This document shows, piece by piece, positions 50,109-59,904 of a stretch of 61,847 nucleotides of DNA. Source of the stretch: a virus (lineage: Duplodnaviria; Caudoviricetes); IMG/VR virus record IMGVR_UViG_3300033153_001680, positions 1-61,847 of that record, one strand, 5' to 3'. Within the stretch, counting starts at the first letter, position 1. Every line of letters starts with the position of its first letter. Below the pieces are notes generated by a model. The model searched no databases, was not told where the DNA came from, and was given only the letters and a program-made list of their open reading frames with translations. The position numbers and the translations under genes are program-made.

Positions 50109-50690
50109 TTATAGAAGTTCTCCGTCTGACAGTTCGTCAGATTCGGTGTTTGCATCAACAAGATCCGCAAACGCAGTTTCAGCACTTACCCGACCATCCA
50201 GTCGTTCTCCCTCTTTGGCAAAGCACACGTTGTTCAGAGCCGCAGCGATACCGTTAGAAACTCCGGCGTAGGCATAGAAATTCACATCCAACCGGACATA
50301 GCAGCCTGAGTAGATATCTTCAGGGTCTACTGGGACAACTCGGGTGCCTTCAATTTTCACTGTTCCAGGCTGCTGGCCTTCCTGAGCGTAGGCGTTGAAA
50401 AAGTAGTGGCCCTTAAACTCTGGTCCCTTACGGCCCCCCTCCTCCACTTGCTCATCATCGCCATCTCGAAGAATCGTCTTCAAGTTCTTCGGGATAATTC
50501 CTTTCCACTTTTTCTCTTTGCCTTTTTCCTTGGCAGCGTTGATCTGAGCATTGATGTAATCAAGCGCGACCGTGTCCTCTTTTGATACCATTGCGCAGAT
50601 TGAGTACTTCTTATCTCCACCGGCACTGATGGCTTTCGGATCTGACAGGTTAACAAAACTTGCTCTTACGGGTACAGGTATAACAGGCAT
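50109..50690 (-). CDS. Single-stranded DNA-binding protein (DUF2815 / T7 gp2.5-like)
   Basis: VRASF..L..P, KYS, LRDGD, YSGCY....VNFYAY...NGIA..LNNV....GE.L; acidic tail. Confidence 0.9.
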   Translation of the reverse strand: MPVIPVPVRASFVNLSDPKAISAGGDKKYSICAMVSKEDTVALDYINAQINAAKEKGKEKKWKGIIPKNLKTILRDGDDEQVEEGGRKGPEFKGHYFFNAYAQEGQQPGTVKIEGTRVVPVDPEDIYSGCYVRLDVNFYAYAGVSNGIAAALNNVCFAKEGERLDGRVSAETAFADLVDANTESDELSDGELL

Positions 50691-50742
50691 AATTTTTCCT
50701 TGTTCAGGTTATCGTACATTCAAGGTACTCAGTCCCTCCCGA

Positions 50743-50772
50743 TGAGTGTGCCTCTGCGACAAGGCACACTCA
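50743..50772. other. 11-bp stem hairpin upstream of the SSB gene
   Basis: TGAGTGTGCCT-N8-AGGCACACTCA. Confidence 0.55.
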
Positions 50773-50868
50773 CCAAGAGCTATGAGATCTCTAACAGCTC
50801 CACTGAAACTCTTTTCACCGGGGTGCTAAAAGGAGGAGAAACACACACCCCGGATCAAGAGTAGCTTT

Positions 50869-51624
50869 CTACAGGAGGTCTTCTCCTTCATCACAGGAGT
50901 CGTCCTCAGTCTGGCCTTCATCAGACGGGCATTCATCACAGGAGTCGTCCTGACCATCATCAGGCTCAGGCAAAGCCGAAGCTCTCTGACCCAGCCACTT
51001 GATATCGACTTCCAGGACAACTGCCATAGCTTCCGCACGTTTCTGCTGGTCCAGAAGATCCTCATCTTCTGGGTCAGTCTGTAAGCGGTCCACTACATCA
51101 GCAGCACGTTGGCGTTGGGTTTCCAGTTGCACCTCTTTACGCTGAAGAGTAGCCGCAGTAGCGTTAGCCTGCTCTTGAGGAGTACGCTTAGAAGACGACT
51201 TACGAGTAGTTCGCTGGGCAGCTTCCCAAGCCTCACGCTCTTCAGCGGTACACAGCTTCAGATGCTTCTCTTCACCGTCATAGATGAACCACTCACCCAT
51301 CATGGAAAGGTTAGCCATGTAAGATGAGATGGCCTCAGCTTTAATACCAAGTGCAGCAGCAATCTCTTCCTTAGTATAGCAACCAGCTAAACTGAAAATC
51401 CGGGTCTGCCATACTCGACTTCCCATTGGCTGGGCTACCTGCACTCCAGTAACGGAACCTTCGGACACCATCTGCATAAACTCATCTTTCCGGCCCCGAA
51501 GAGCAGTAGCCATTTTTTCATGGTACTCAAACAGCGTCTTTCGGTCAGCAGGTTTACGGGCACGGTGCGGGATTCGTTCTGTAGGGTCGATTTCAAAGAA
51601 GTTGTACATTAGATTTGCAGACAT
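50869..51624 (-). CDS. Putative HTH DNA-binding protein with coiled coil and acidic tail
   Basis: TKEEIAAALGIKAEAISSYMANL is helix-turn-helix-like. Confidence 0.6.
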   Translation of the reverse strand: MSANLMYNFFEIDPTERIPHRARKPADRKTLFEYHEKMATALRGRKDEFMQMVSEGSVTGVQVAQPMGSRVWQTRIFSLAGCYTKEEIAAALGIKAEAISSYMANLSMMGEWFIYDGEEKHLKLCTAEEREAWEAAQRTTRKSSSKRTPQEQANATAATLQRKEVQLETQRQRAADVVDRLQTDPEDEDLLDQQKRAEAMAVVLEVDIKWLGQRASALPEPDDGQDDSCDECPSDEGQTEDDSCDEGEDLL

Positions 51625-51664
51625 TTTGTTACCTTTGTTGAATTAGTATTCTTTGTATGCTTAT

Positions 51665-51692
51665 ATGATACATCAAGTGGAGAAGAAGTCAA
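51665..51692 (-). promoter_or_regulatory. Possible sigma70 promoter
   Basis: TTGACT, 16-nt spacer, TATCAT, upstream of ATG 51624. Confidence 0.45.
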
Positions 51693-52951
51693 CTACAAAA
51701 CTCAGAAAAAGCTTCTTCAGGTGAGTTTATTTCAGCCTCTTCTCGTTTGTCTGATTCATTAACCAGGGAGAGCCCGCTTGACTTCTTCATAACTAGCCCT
51801 TTGAAGTCAGGGCTACGAGATACTAGCTTACCTACCTTCTTCTCCATTTGAGCCACTGAGAGCAGCTTGGGGGCCACATACATGTCCTTCAAGCTGACAA
51901 AGTTGTGGTCCGTCAGAAAGGCTGCGACTTCTGCGTTAGCCTTTTTCCAGCTCCTCCTGGCTATTTTCTTAACGAGCTTCTTACCGGGCACCTTCTCGCC
52001 TTTCATAGCTTGTGCATACAGATGCTCGTCTATGTCCTTCTTGTACTTTACAAGGCCCCCTATGGTCTGAGATATGATAGTGAGTTCCTTCAGGCCCACC
52101 GCCTCCATAGGGTTGTCCTCGGCGATATGAGCAAACACATCGAGAGCGTCCTGCTGCTTCTGTCCATGCCGCGCCTTGCATCCTGCTTTGCCCTTACACC
52201 ACCGACAAGCTTCAACAGAGGGGCTGAAGGTGGGGTTCTCCGAAGTCGCATCAATCAGAGCAGGTATGAGCGTTTCTGAGACCCAGGTGTACAGCTCAGA
52301 GTCCGTATACTTGGTGGTGTCGAGATCGTCGCTTAACCGGGGTTGGCCTATACAGGCTTCTATTTTACAAGGATTGGAGCCGGGAGTCGAATACCCTAAC
52401 GACAGGGCCAGCACAAGTGAGTAGGCCTTCAGCTGATCTGTCTCTGACGACACTCTCACCCCTTTTCCGAACTTCCAGTCATTACATAAGATACTACCTG
52501 ATGCCGTAAAGGATACCCCGTAGTCCAGAGTACCCCGGACTTCAGACAGTAGCACTCTAATTGCGCTGCCACTCGAATGAGGGAACATCTTATCCAGGAT
52601 GCCCTCGCTGATAACGTCCCCAACAAAGTTCTCTAGCGAACCCTTCACCTCTACAAACGTCTGAACACTGTCCCCAGAGAACCTGTTGACCTGCGTAAAA
52701 GCCCAATCCAAGCAGGTCTGAACTGCATCAGTTTGCTCCTGGTCCAGTTGGTACTGTTTAATCTCTGTTTGAGTGACTTTGTACTCCCCGCGGCGCAAGA
52801 TAGTTTCAGTAACCTTGTGCAGCATGGTACCTTCTTCAGCGTACTTCGAGGTATTGTCCTCTACGCCTTTGCTCAGTTGGTAACTTCCAGGGCACTTGAT
52901 TATCCGGGGAAGTTGGGACGGTGAGAATTCTGCGTGTTTGTCATTACTCAT
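51689..52951 (-). CDS. DUF2800 / Cas4-like PD-(D/E)XK exonuclease
   Basis: HA.FSPS...R...CPGS, AEEGT.LH, GTLD, DWKFG.GV.V, QL..Y, QPR and CRWC.....C motifs. Confidence 0.9.
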   Translation of the reverse strand: MSNDKHAEFSPSQLPRIIKCPGSYQLSKGVEDNTSKYAEEGTMLHKVTETILRRGEYKVTQTEIKQYQLDQEQTDAVQTCLDWAFTQVNRFSGDSVQTFVEVKGSLENFVGDVISEGILDKMFPHSSGSAIRVLLSEVRGTLDYGVSFTASGSILCNDWKFGKGVRVSSETDQLKAYSLVLALSLGYSTPGSNPCKIEACIGQPRLSDDLDTTKYTDSELYTWVSETLIPALIDATSENPTFSPSVEACRWCKGKAGCKARHGQKQQDALDVFAHIAEDNPMEAVGLKELTIISQTIGGLVKYKKDIDEHLYAQAMKGEKVPGKKLVKKIARRSWKKANAEVAAFLTDHNFVSLKDMYVAPKLLSVAQMEKKVGKLVSRSPDFKGLVMKKSSGLSLVNESDKREEAEINSPEEAFSEFCS

Positions 52952-53021
52952 GTTGTCTCCTTTTAGTTTAACTGTGCTAGTGTATGTCGTCTATACTCTC
53001 TTCCTCTGGCACTTCTTCTTC

Positions 53022-53336
53022 TTACTCGTCCTTTAGTTTCTCAAGATACCAGTCACCTACCCACGCATACCCTAAGTCAAAGTGAAAGTGCCTCACCAAC
53101 TCCGGGAACTGCTTGAAGTCCCTGTATTTTCTGTTATCAGGAGTGCCAAAGCCCAAGAAGGTTCTCAAGAATCGACCGCTACAGAAGCAGCAGACAGAGT
53201 ATCCTCCCTTTAGTAGTAGATACGGAACGCCCCTCCTAGAGATCTTCAAGTCTCCCCCTATATACTCCTGTACTCTTTCGAGCATACGAGATGCTTTGCT
53301 CATGTTATTCACATTCCTTGGGACAGAGTGTCCCAC
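53022..53336 (-). CDS. Hypothetical protein
   Basis: 104-aa ORF in operon orientation; start uncertain. Confidence 0.5.
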   Translation of the reverse strand: MGHSVPRNVNNMSKASRMLERVQEYIGGDLKISRRGVPYLLLKGGYSVCCFCSGRFLRTFLGFGTPDNRKYRDFKQFPELVRHFHFDLGYAWVGDWYLEKLKDE

Positions 53337-53468
53337 ATATGTTAGTGGTGCTCTCGGGGTGCCTACATCCTCGGCGGTCCTCAGGGCGGGAGTCTAACTC
53401 CTCCCTGGTTGCGTCAGTCCACTCTTCGACTAAGTGTATGCACTCTTTATCGAATTCTTTCTCGCTCC

Positions 53469-55877
53469 TTATGTTAACCCTTTTAGTTCCATTTCCATTT
53501 CTAGTATACGCCGCTTCAGTACGTCCTCACGACTTTCTGTAGGGGCCTCGTCAAGAAACCCTTCATCAGGGATACTGTCTTGATCCACCCTCAGAGGAGG
53601 CATGTAGTAGTACACTAGGGGCCTTACCCCTGTTCCCCTCTTAGGCTCACGTCCAGAGACTTGTTTAGACCAGACATGTACTGAGTGTTTCAGTTCTGTA
53701 AAAGCCTTGGAGTTCACTACCATGCTATCGTACCCAAGGATAATTCGGATGTCCTTGAGCACCATAGGTCTCCAGTCCCCGGTTAGGCTGGCCTTTTCCA
53801 CATCAAAAGCGTAGTATAGTTTCTCTGCTACTGCTTCAGACCCTACTGTTAAAGCAGAGTTATTGATCTCGTCTCTTGCTTGTATTACTGGTAAGTCTTC
53901 AGGGGACTCTTTATCGAACCACCACCTCTCCCCCGACTCATATATACTATACAACTGGCCCCACAGTTGGTCAATACTAATCTTGTGTCCATGCAAGATT
54001 TTTTCTACGTGTATTAATTCATACCGACGGTTTCCAGTTAGATCCCGAAGAAATGTGGTCTTGTTAGCTGAACCCGCAAAAACAGTTCTTCGTGAAACCT
54101 TAGTAGCACTCTCTCCATAAGGGAGTACTACCCTGTCCATAGTCCTGTCCAGGAACTCCTTAAACTCTGAGCTTCCGCGTTTAGAAAAATACGTGTCAAC
54201 CTCGTTAAGGTTGCATATCAGCATCCCTGACAGCTCCATTGTGAGCTTAACGTCATCTGATCGAAAGCTCCCGAAGTTCAGTCTTTTACTGGCGCAGTGC
54301 TCTTGTAAGTCCTTTGGGAATAAGGACTCAATCCATTTGGTTTTACCCACATCTTGAGGGCCAACGAACACCAGAACTCTGTTCAGCCTTACAGGCCTGC
54401 TCGAATCATGACATGCCGCTGCCACAACCTGAATTAGCCACCGCCTTATAAAGTGGTTGTACGCTACCTCCTTATAGTGTTGATGAGATGTAGGGGGGAA
54501 CAGAGTGTCATAAAGTGTGGTTAAGCGATCCTCGCCATCCCAGTTCTCTCCGCATTCTTCAAAGTACTCCTTAATAGGGTTGGTGATCCTTGTTTTGCAT
54601 TGAGCGGACAAGAACTTTTTGACCTTCCCACTACCAAAAGCAGACGGAGGGAAACCCATAGTTAATAAGTCGGTGATTATGTACTCACTTATTTCCGAGA
54701 GGGTTAAGCCATAGCCCTCTGCTAAGTTCTCCATCCGCCATCGACGGAGGACTTTCGCAGGTACTTCTACTTTGGGCTCCTTGGTTATCTCATTATAGTA
54801 ACAACTGAACCCGTAGAACTCAAGATATGTGGTAAAGTTATTGATGGTCCCCAAGTGGGTTCCCTTAGCATTAACGTCAGGAAACTTCGGGCGTTGAGCG
54901 TTCACCAGTTTTATAATGACTCCCACAGTGACAGGAGTGCTTGTGTCTTTAAAGCCCAACCATTTTTGCTCACACACAGTCTTGTCGTACTTCGGACCCT
55001 GCTTTGACCACTCATCCCAGACCAGAAAACCCTCAATGCTCCCTTTAAAATTGTGGTGAAGGGCTTGCCCAACCATTAACCAGGGGGAGTATGCCTCATC
55101 TTTTCCACTGTGATCCAGTATGACTTGCTCGCCGCTCATCAGCCTGCTAAAGGTATCCTCCTTTAGCGAGGTAACTGGTACTTGCCTGAGTAGGTCACGT
55201 GCCTTTGTTACTGATAAGGGCTGGTACTTAGGAACCTCTGACACAGAAGACTCGAATATCTCTGCGTCGGTCTTGACTCTCTGGGGGAAAAAGTCCTTCA
55301 GGATTTCCTGAAGATCCTCCATAGTGTACTCAGTTATGCTCGCGGGCGATCCTTCACGGAGTATACCCGTTACCGTTACATAGCCGACAGACACGAAGAG
55401 GTCTCTACCGCTGTCAGTAAGTTGCAGCGATCTTCCGAAACACTTTTCCAGTTTACTCTTGTCAAGGCACTTCAGTAAAACATGGCACCCTGAACCAGAG
55501 GGAGACACCTCAGTGTAGGAGTTAAGGAGCTTAACCAACTCCTCATTCTCCTCTGTTGGTTCGTCAATGTCCACACACAGGTACGAGTGGGACAGGTCAT
55601 AGCGGATACCAAAACCTGTATTTGGTACGTCTCCTGATATCTCTTCAACTTCAGTAAACGTCAAGAGTTCATCTCGTTTACTCCAGCCGTTATCAACAGG
55701 AGGCTTGATTATTTTGTACTCTAGTCCTCTCTTTAAGGGTTTAGGTTGCCAAAGGAGCCAGTGGGGAAAGTCATCTCCGGTCAGTTCTTCGGGGACTCCT
55801 CCGGGTTGGGTTTCAGATAAGCTTGCGTATGCATTCGGAAGTTCTTGCTCAGTGAAAAGTTTTTTCATGTTTAACAC
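53469..55877 (-). CDS. Primase-helicase (AEP primase + PriCT-2 + VapE/VirE-type ATPase)
   Basis: VDID and YTEVSPSGSGCH (AEP); WLMVGQALHH..WDEWS..G.KY (PriCT-2); GPQDVGKT and FLRDLTGNRRY (VapE). Confidence 0.9.
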   Translation of the reverse strand: MLNMKKLFTEQELPNAYASLSETQPGGVPEELTGDDFPHWLLWQPKPLKRGLEYKIIKPPVDNGWSKRDELLTFTEVEEISGDVPNTGFGIRYDLSHSYLCVDIDEPTEENEELVKLLNSYTEVSPSGSGCHVLLKCLDKSKLEKCFGRSLQLTDSGRDLFVSVGYVTVTGILREGSPASITEYTMEDLQEILKDFFPQRVKTDAEIFESSVSEVPKYQPLSVTKARDLLRQVPVTSLKEDTFSRLMSGEQVILDHSGKDEAYSPWLMVGQALHHNFKGSIEGFLVWDEWSKQGPKYDKTVCEQKWLGFKDTSTPVTVGVIIKLVNAQRPKFPDVNAKGTHLGTINNFTTYLEFYGFSCYYNEITKEPKVEVPAKVLRRWRMENLAEGYGLTLSEISEYIITDLLTMGFPPSAFGSGKVKKFLSAQCKTRITNPIKEYFEECGENWDGEDRLTTLYDTLFPPTSHQHYKEVAYNHFIRRWLIQVVAAACHDSSRPVRLNRVLVFVGPQDVGKTKWIESLFPKDLQEHCASKRLNFGSFRSDDVKLTMELSGMLICNLNEVDTYFSKRGSSEFKEFLDRTMDRVVLPYGESATKVSRRTVFAGSANKTTFLRDLTGNRRYELIHVEKILHGHKISIDQLWGQLYSIYESGERWWFDKESPEDLPVIQARDEINNSALTVGSEAVAEKLYYAFDVEKASLTGDWRPMVLKDIRIILGYDSMVVNSKAFTELKHSVHVWSKQVSGREPKRGTGVRPLVYYYMPPLRVDQDSIPDEGFLDEAPTESREDVLKRRILEMEMELKGLT

Positions 55878-55912
55878 AAATAGGCTAAGGTTACTGAAGG
55901 AAGGCTAACTAC

Positions 55913-55941
55913 AAGATATCATGAACTTGAGTACTTTGCAA
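55913..55941 (-). promoter_or_regulatory. Possible sigma70 promoter for the replication module
   Basis: TTGCAA, 17-nt spacer ending TGA, TATCTT (extended -10). Confidence 0.55.
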
Positions 55942-55970
55942 AGCCTTCCTGACATGCCTCATGTATCAAG

Positions 55971-56624
55971 TCACTCCCATATGATATGTGCGTAAGGAGC
56001 CTTTTTAACTGCCTCCCTGTAGGTCACCCCTGATCCAGTGATCTTAAGAATATTCAAGGAGTCCATTCGAGGAAGCTCTATTAGACCCTCATTCCCCCGG
56101 ATATCCAAGGATTTAAGATAGTATGAAGGTGCCCCTAGGGAGTTTATAGAACAGCTCATCAGTACGGCCTTAGCACAGTACTCAAGGTTCCCTAGATCTG
56201 CGAAGTCTATCTTGTTACCTGTTAAGTCTACAGAGTGTACTGCTCCGGGGGCTCTTGGTACTGCGGTAATGCCATTGTAAGACAGGTCCACAGTCCAGGG
56301 GGACAGGTTTTCAGGCAAGTCCTCGCCAAACATGCTACAATTACTCGCAATCAAGTGGAGTACGTTAAGATTTGGTATATCAGTCAGGGCCTTGTTTCCG
56401 CTGACGTTCAGCGCATTTAAAGAATACAAGGGCTTCAGACTCTTTAAGCTCTCGTCAGTAAGGAGGTTATCAGACAAATCCAAGTGGTGAATTTTAGGAA
56501 GGTCCTTTAACCAGGGGGGAATCTCCCGCAGACTCATACTGGATAAGTCCACGTACCCGCTGCTTACTAGCTCTAAATTGTTGTACCTTGAGCCAAAATG
56601 CTCACCTAATTTATTTATATTCAT
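55971..56624 (-). CDS. Leucine-rich repeat protein
   Basis: Repeated LxxLxLxxN units: HLDLSDNLL, ALNVSGNKAL, VDLSYNGI, VDLTGNKI, LDIRGNEGL. Confidence 0.85.
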   Translation of the reverse strand: MNINKLGEHFGSRYNNLELVSSGYVDLSSMSLREIPPWLKDLPKIHHLDLSDNLLTDESLKSLKPLYSLNALNVSGNKALTDIPNLNVLHLIASNCSMFGEDLPENLSPWTVDLSYNGITAVPRAPGAVHSVDLTGNKIDFADLGNLEYCAKAVLMSCSINSLGAPSYYLKSLDIRGNEGLIELPRMDSLNILKITGSGVTYREAVKKAPYAHIIWE

Positions 56625-56739
56625 GGTTACTTCTCCTGTTAATTTTGCTTTGTGTGGTATCCACTGCTTTGCTCGTAGGTTGTTCGTAGCGTAGTTTATT
56701 TAGCTTCATGGTTACTTCTCCTGTTAATTTTGCTTTGTG
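56620..56739. repeat. 35-bp direct repeat (stop-RBS-start junction) bracketing a gene remnant
   Basis: TTCATGGTTACTTCTCCTGTTAATTTTGCTTTGTG at 56620-56654 and 56705-56739. Confidence 0.9.
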
Positions 56740-58085
56740 CCCTTCTGCCACTTATACAGTCTTCTCGCGGACTCCTTGACAGAAGACCACAGGCCTTTAA
56801 TTCTTACCGTTGCTTTCGTGATGCGCTGGTACATTGGGCTAAGTTCTTCCACTAGTTGCCAGACATCAATATCAGCTACAAAATCAGTGAACGGGTTCGC
56901 CCTCTCGTACCAGTGGTGCATTAGATCTTCAGGGGCCTTTACTAAGCTCTTCCTCCCTTTAGGATACTCGGTCTGTATGTAGGTAAAGTGGGAAACCGCT
57001 TCATTGACACACAGTAAGACAGTTAACTTGTGGTCTTTGAACTGCTTCAGAAACTCTATTACCCACCAAACCAGCTCTAGCTGGTACACTGTGTATGATA
57101 AGCCACATTGGTTGGAGAGTGCTAGCGTGACTCGGACTCTGACTATGCGTGCTTGTATCTCATCACAAGACTTTGTAGTCTTATGGCAGTTACTGATCCA
57201 CTGGCTTACCCAGTGTTGCCAGGGAGTGTAAGTACATACGCTTCTAGCTGCCGAAGCTACTTTGTTTATCACCCCAAGCTTGAACATGAACTTCTCTTGC
57301 GCAGGTATTCGGGGGCACAGATCAATCATAGTCAGGAACACTGTGGTGTTGTCAGCTCGACTCAGCAGAACCCAAGCCTCTTTATGGGACGTTATACCGT
57401 TTTCACGGTACCAGTCGTGCAGTGTACGGCAGTCCGCTGACTCTCTGTGGTTGTCCCACTCACGAAGCTCTTGAAGCAGTTCAACAGTTTCCCCCTTTTT
57501 TACAACGAGGCATCTCCGAGACTCGACATCTCTGAAATACGGGGGCTCAGGACGAGGGAGAATGGGTTCTCTCAGCCCTGGGCATAAGTCGCTGAAAAAC
57601 TCAGAGCCGGAGGGGGGCAGGGGGTCTTCCCACCCCCCTCCGGCTCTGGACAGCTCTTCTGAGTCAGTGAAGCAGTGTGAAGCGGGGTTACCCAAATACG
57701 GGAGACAGGTGGACCGGAAGAGCCGAGTATCTTCGAAAACAAAGGCTCGGTATATGGAGTCTGCATCATTAAAGTCACACTCAGCAGCTTTGGGTGCGAA
57801 ACTCAGCAGCTTAGTGTACGCATACTTTCGACAGTCCCTCAGAGTGTCAAGGCGAGCATAGTCATAGGTCAAGCCCTGGAACCTCATTCGAAGATTCCAG
57901 AAGGTCCTTGAGCCTTCGGGGACTCTGGTAAACCTAAGCTCCCAGTCCCCCAGTTGCTCAATGTAGCCGTTACAGTTATCCTCTCGGTTAGCGTCTCCGA
58001 GCCCCACCATAGAGGAAGCAGTGAGTTTTTCAATGAGGTCTTTAAGCCTGTCTTTCTCAGGTTTGGGGATACAGTAGTTTTTCAT
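56724..58085 (-). CDS. Hypothetical early protein (453 aa)
   Basis: AAGGAG RBS and ATGA overlap. The N-terminal region resembles 59477-59884. Confidence 0.7.
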   Translation of the reverse strand: MKNYCIPKPEKDRLKDLIEKLTASSMVGLGDANREDNCNGYIEQLGDWELRFTRVPEGSRTFWNLRMRFQGLTYDYARLDTLRDCRKYAYTKLLSFAPKAAECDFNDADSIYRAFVFEDTRLFRSTCLPYLGNPASHCFTDSEELSRAGGGWEDPLPPSGSEFFSDLCPGLREPILPRPEPPYFRDVESRRCLVVKKGETVELLQELREWDNHRESADCRTLHDWYRENGITSHKEAWVLLSRADNTTVFLTMIDLCPRIPAQEKFMFKLGVINKVASAARSVCTYTPWQHWVSQWISNCHKTTKSCDEIQARIVRVRVTLALSNQCGLSYTVYQLELVWWVIEFLKQFKDHKLTVLLCVNEAVSHFTYIQTEYPKGRKSLVKAPEDLMHHWYERANPFTDFVADIDVWQLVEELSPMYQRITKATVRIKGLWSSVKESARRLYKWQKGTKQN

Positions 58086-58573
58086 GTTGTTCTCCTTAAG
58101 TTGAAATCCTGTTTCTTGATCTTAGCTTTACGTCCATCAGGGTGGTGAAAAACAATTCCTTCAATGTCTTTGCCCTTTAACCAGTCTTTCAGCCCTTCCA
58201 GGTCTCTAGGACAATCAGGGTTCTTTTGTATTTTTGGTCCACACAACTCATAAGTTCCGTTAGGCTGGCCTTCAAAGGCGTCCCTGTGGTACTTGTCCTC
58301 GGTGTTAGCACAGTCAACGGGCACCCAGCCTACCCGCTTCCCTGTATTAGTATCAAACTGCTCTTCCACAAACTCAGCAGGAGTCCTCCTCCCACGTTTA
58401 ACTTCACGCCTCTTCCACAACTTTTGGTTAAACACCTTGCAGCATGTCCCGTCGTACTTTCGAGTAGTTACGCCTCCACCATTAAAAACCCAAGCACAGT
58501 CAGAGTGAGGCTTGTCAAGGAGTGTTCTCATGTTTTTGGGGTCTCGTACAAATATTGTAGGTATCTTCTTCAT
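58082..58573 (-). CDS. RNA-ligase-like nucleotidyltransferase (DUF5565-like)
   Basis: Motif I KYDGT; GTYELCGPKI; IEGIVF; AKIK. Confidence 0.7.
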   Translation of the reverse strand: MKKIPTIFVRDPKNMRTLLDKPHSDCAWVFNGGGVTTRKYDGTCCKVFNQKLWKRREVKRGRRTPAEFVEEQFDTNTGKRVGWVPVDCANTEDKYHRDAFEGQPNGTYELCGPKIQKNPDCPRDLEGLKDWLKGKDIEGIVFHHPDGRKAKIKKQDFNLRRTT

Positions 58574-58592
58574 GTTACTTCTCTGTTGAAGT

Positions 58593-58976
58593 TTATAGCC
58601 CTAACAGTCTCTTAGCACATGCGACAGAGCATACTTGGTAATTGCCACAGGGTATCACGTAGTCCTCATGTACGGAGTCGCCACAGTGTTCGCACTCGAA
58701 GTACCCGTCGAAATCCTCGTATTCTCCCTGACCCTTTGAAGCAAACTGTTTAGCTGTGGGGTCTAGGATAGATCCATCAGGTCTTTTGCACCACCAGTGC
58801 TGTTCTTTTCTGTTCGTTATAGGGCACCAGTACCAACCACGTACCAGAGTTAACGTAGCGTCTGCTTTCACAGCGGCTTCAGCCATTTCTTTACACTTCC
58901 CTCTATACTTCGAATAGTCGCTTTGAGTTTCCATAATGCTAGTAGGTGTTTGGGTTCGTGTTTGGGTTCGTTCCAT
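58593..58976 (-). CDS. Hypothetical protein with HWW..DPT motif and C-terminal zinc finger
   Basis: YRGKCKE, LVRGWY, QHWW, ILDPTAKQF and CEHC...CS..C motifs. Confidence 0.7.
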   Translation of the reverse strand: MERTQTRTQTPTSIMETQSDYSKYRGKCKEMAEAAVKADATLTLVRGWYWCPITNRKEQHWWCKRPDGSILDPTAKQFASKGQGEYEDFDGYFECEHCGDSVHEDYVIPCGNYQVCSVACAKRLLGL

Positions 58977-59442
58977 AGGTGTTGTACCAAGTTACAAGGT
59001 CGAGTAGAGTGTCAAAAGTTCTACCCACCCGCCAGCAGTTAGCATAAATGTAAACTGTATAGCTCTGTTCAACTCGGTCAGTGAGAACTTGTTGATGATA
59101 GAGGATTCGAGCCACGAATTTCTCTCCTATGTAGATAGGCATCCGAACAGTAAAGCTCGTGTCCGCGCAGTCAAGGAGAGCAGGACTGTTTTCAGAGAAT
59201 TTCTTTATCCCTCTGGTTACATCTTCAGGGAACAAGAACCCCGCATGTCTGGCTGTGTCCTTCTGGCAACCTTTAAGAGACAGCAGGGCGCCAGGAGTAA
59301 TCTGCAAATACTTTGCGCTTAAGTTAGAGTTCAGTAGCTGAACGGGCACACTGTCTCTGACGAGCAAACGATAGTGGTGGTACAGTTCATCTGCATTCTT
59401 GAAAAACATATTAACTCCTTTTGTTGTTGGCTTCAGTACCAC
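58939..59442 (-). CDS. Hypothetical protein
   Basis: 167-aa ORF; true start probably the ATG near 59409 after AAGGAG. Confidence 0.6.
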   Translation of the reverse strand: MVLKPTTKGVNMFFKNADELYHHYRLLVRDSVPVQLLNSNLSAKYLQITPGALLSLKGCQKDTARHAGFLFPEDVTRGIKKFSENSPALLDCADTSFTVRMPIYIGEKFVARILYHQQVLTDRVEQSYTVYIYANCWRVGRTFDTLLDLVTWYNTYGTNPNTNPNTY

Positions 59443-59476
59443 TGTAACACATGGTCCAGAGGATTACAAGTAAAAG

Positions 59477-59884
59477 CTACTCTTTATTGACAGTGTTCCG
59501 GTACCCTGTACAGCTATGCATTAGAGCTTCACGGTAAGTGTACTCCTCTCGAAGCATCTGGTTCCTGTTTTCGTCTACCCAGTATCTGCCTACATGCCGA
59601 AGGCTACCGTCGAGGGACAAAACAAGACGATAGTACTCACACCTGCATTCTTTAAGAGTCCTTGCGCTTACTTCATGGTTCTGTACAGAGCCATTAAGCA
59701 TAAAACGCCCGACTAGCCCTTTCCAACCGGTGGATGTCTTGACATACTCTGAGGCCCATGACCCGGTATCCTCTACATGCCCGTACCGGGACTTCCTCAA
59801 CCCCCTCATGCATCCTATAGATCCAGACTCCAGTTTCTCTTTCGCCTGTGCTATCTGGTATTCTCGGGTAATTGCTAACTTCAT
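59477..59884 (-). CDS. Hypothetical early protein with C-terminal WVDENxN motif
   Basis: AGGAG RBS; YWVDENRNQMLREEYTYREA. Confidence 0.7.
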   Translation of the reverse strand: MKLAITREYQIAQAKEKLESGSIGCMRGLRKSRYGHVEDTGSWASEYVKTSTGWKGLVGRFMLNGSVQNHEVSARTLKECRCEYYRLVLSLDGSLRHVGRYWVDENRNQMLREEYTYREALMHSCTGYRNTVNKE

Positions 59885-59904
59885 GCTGATCTCCTATGTA
59901 AAGG

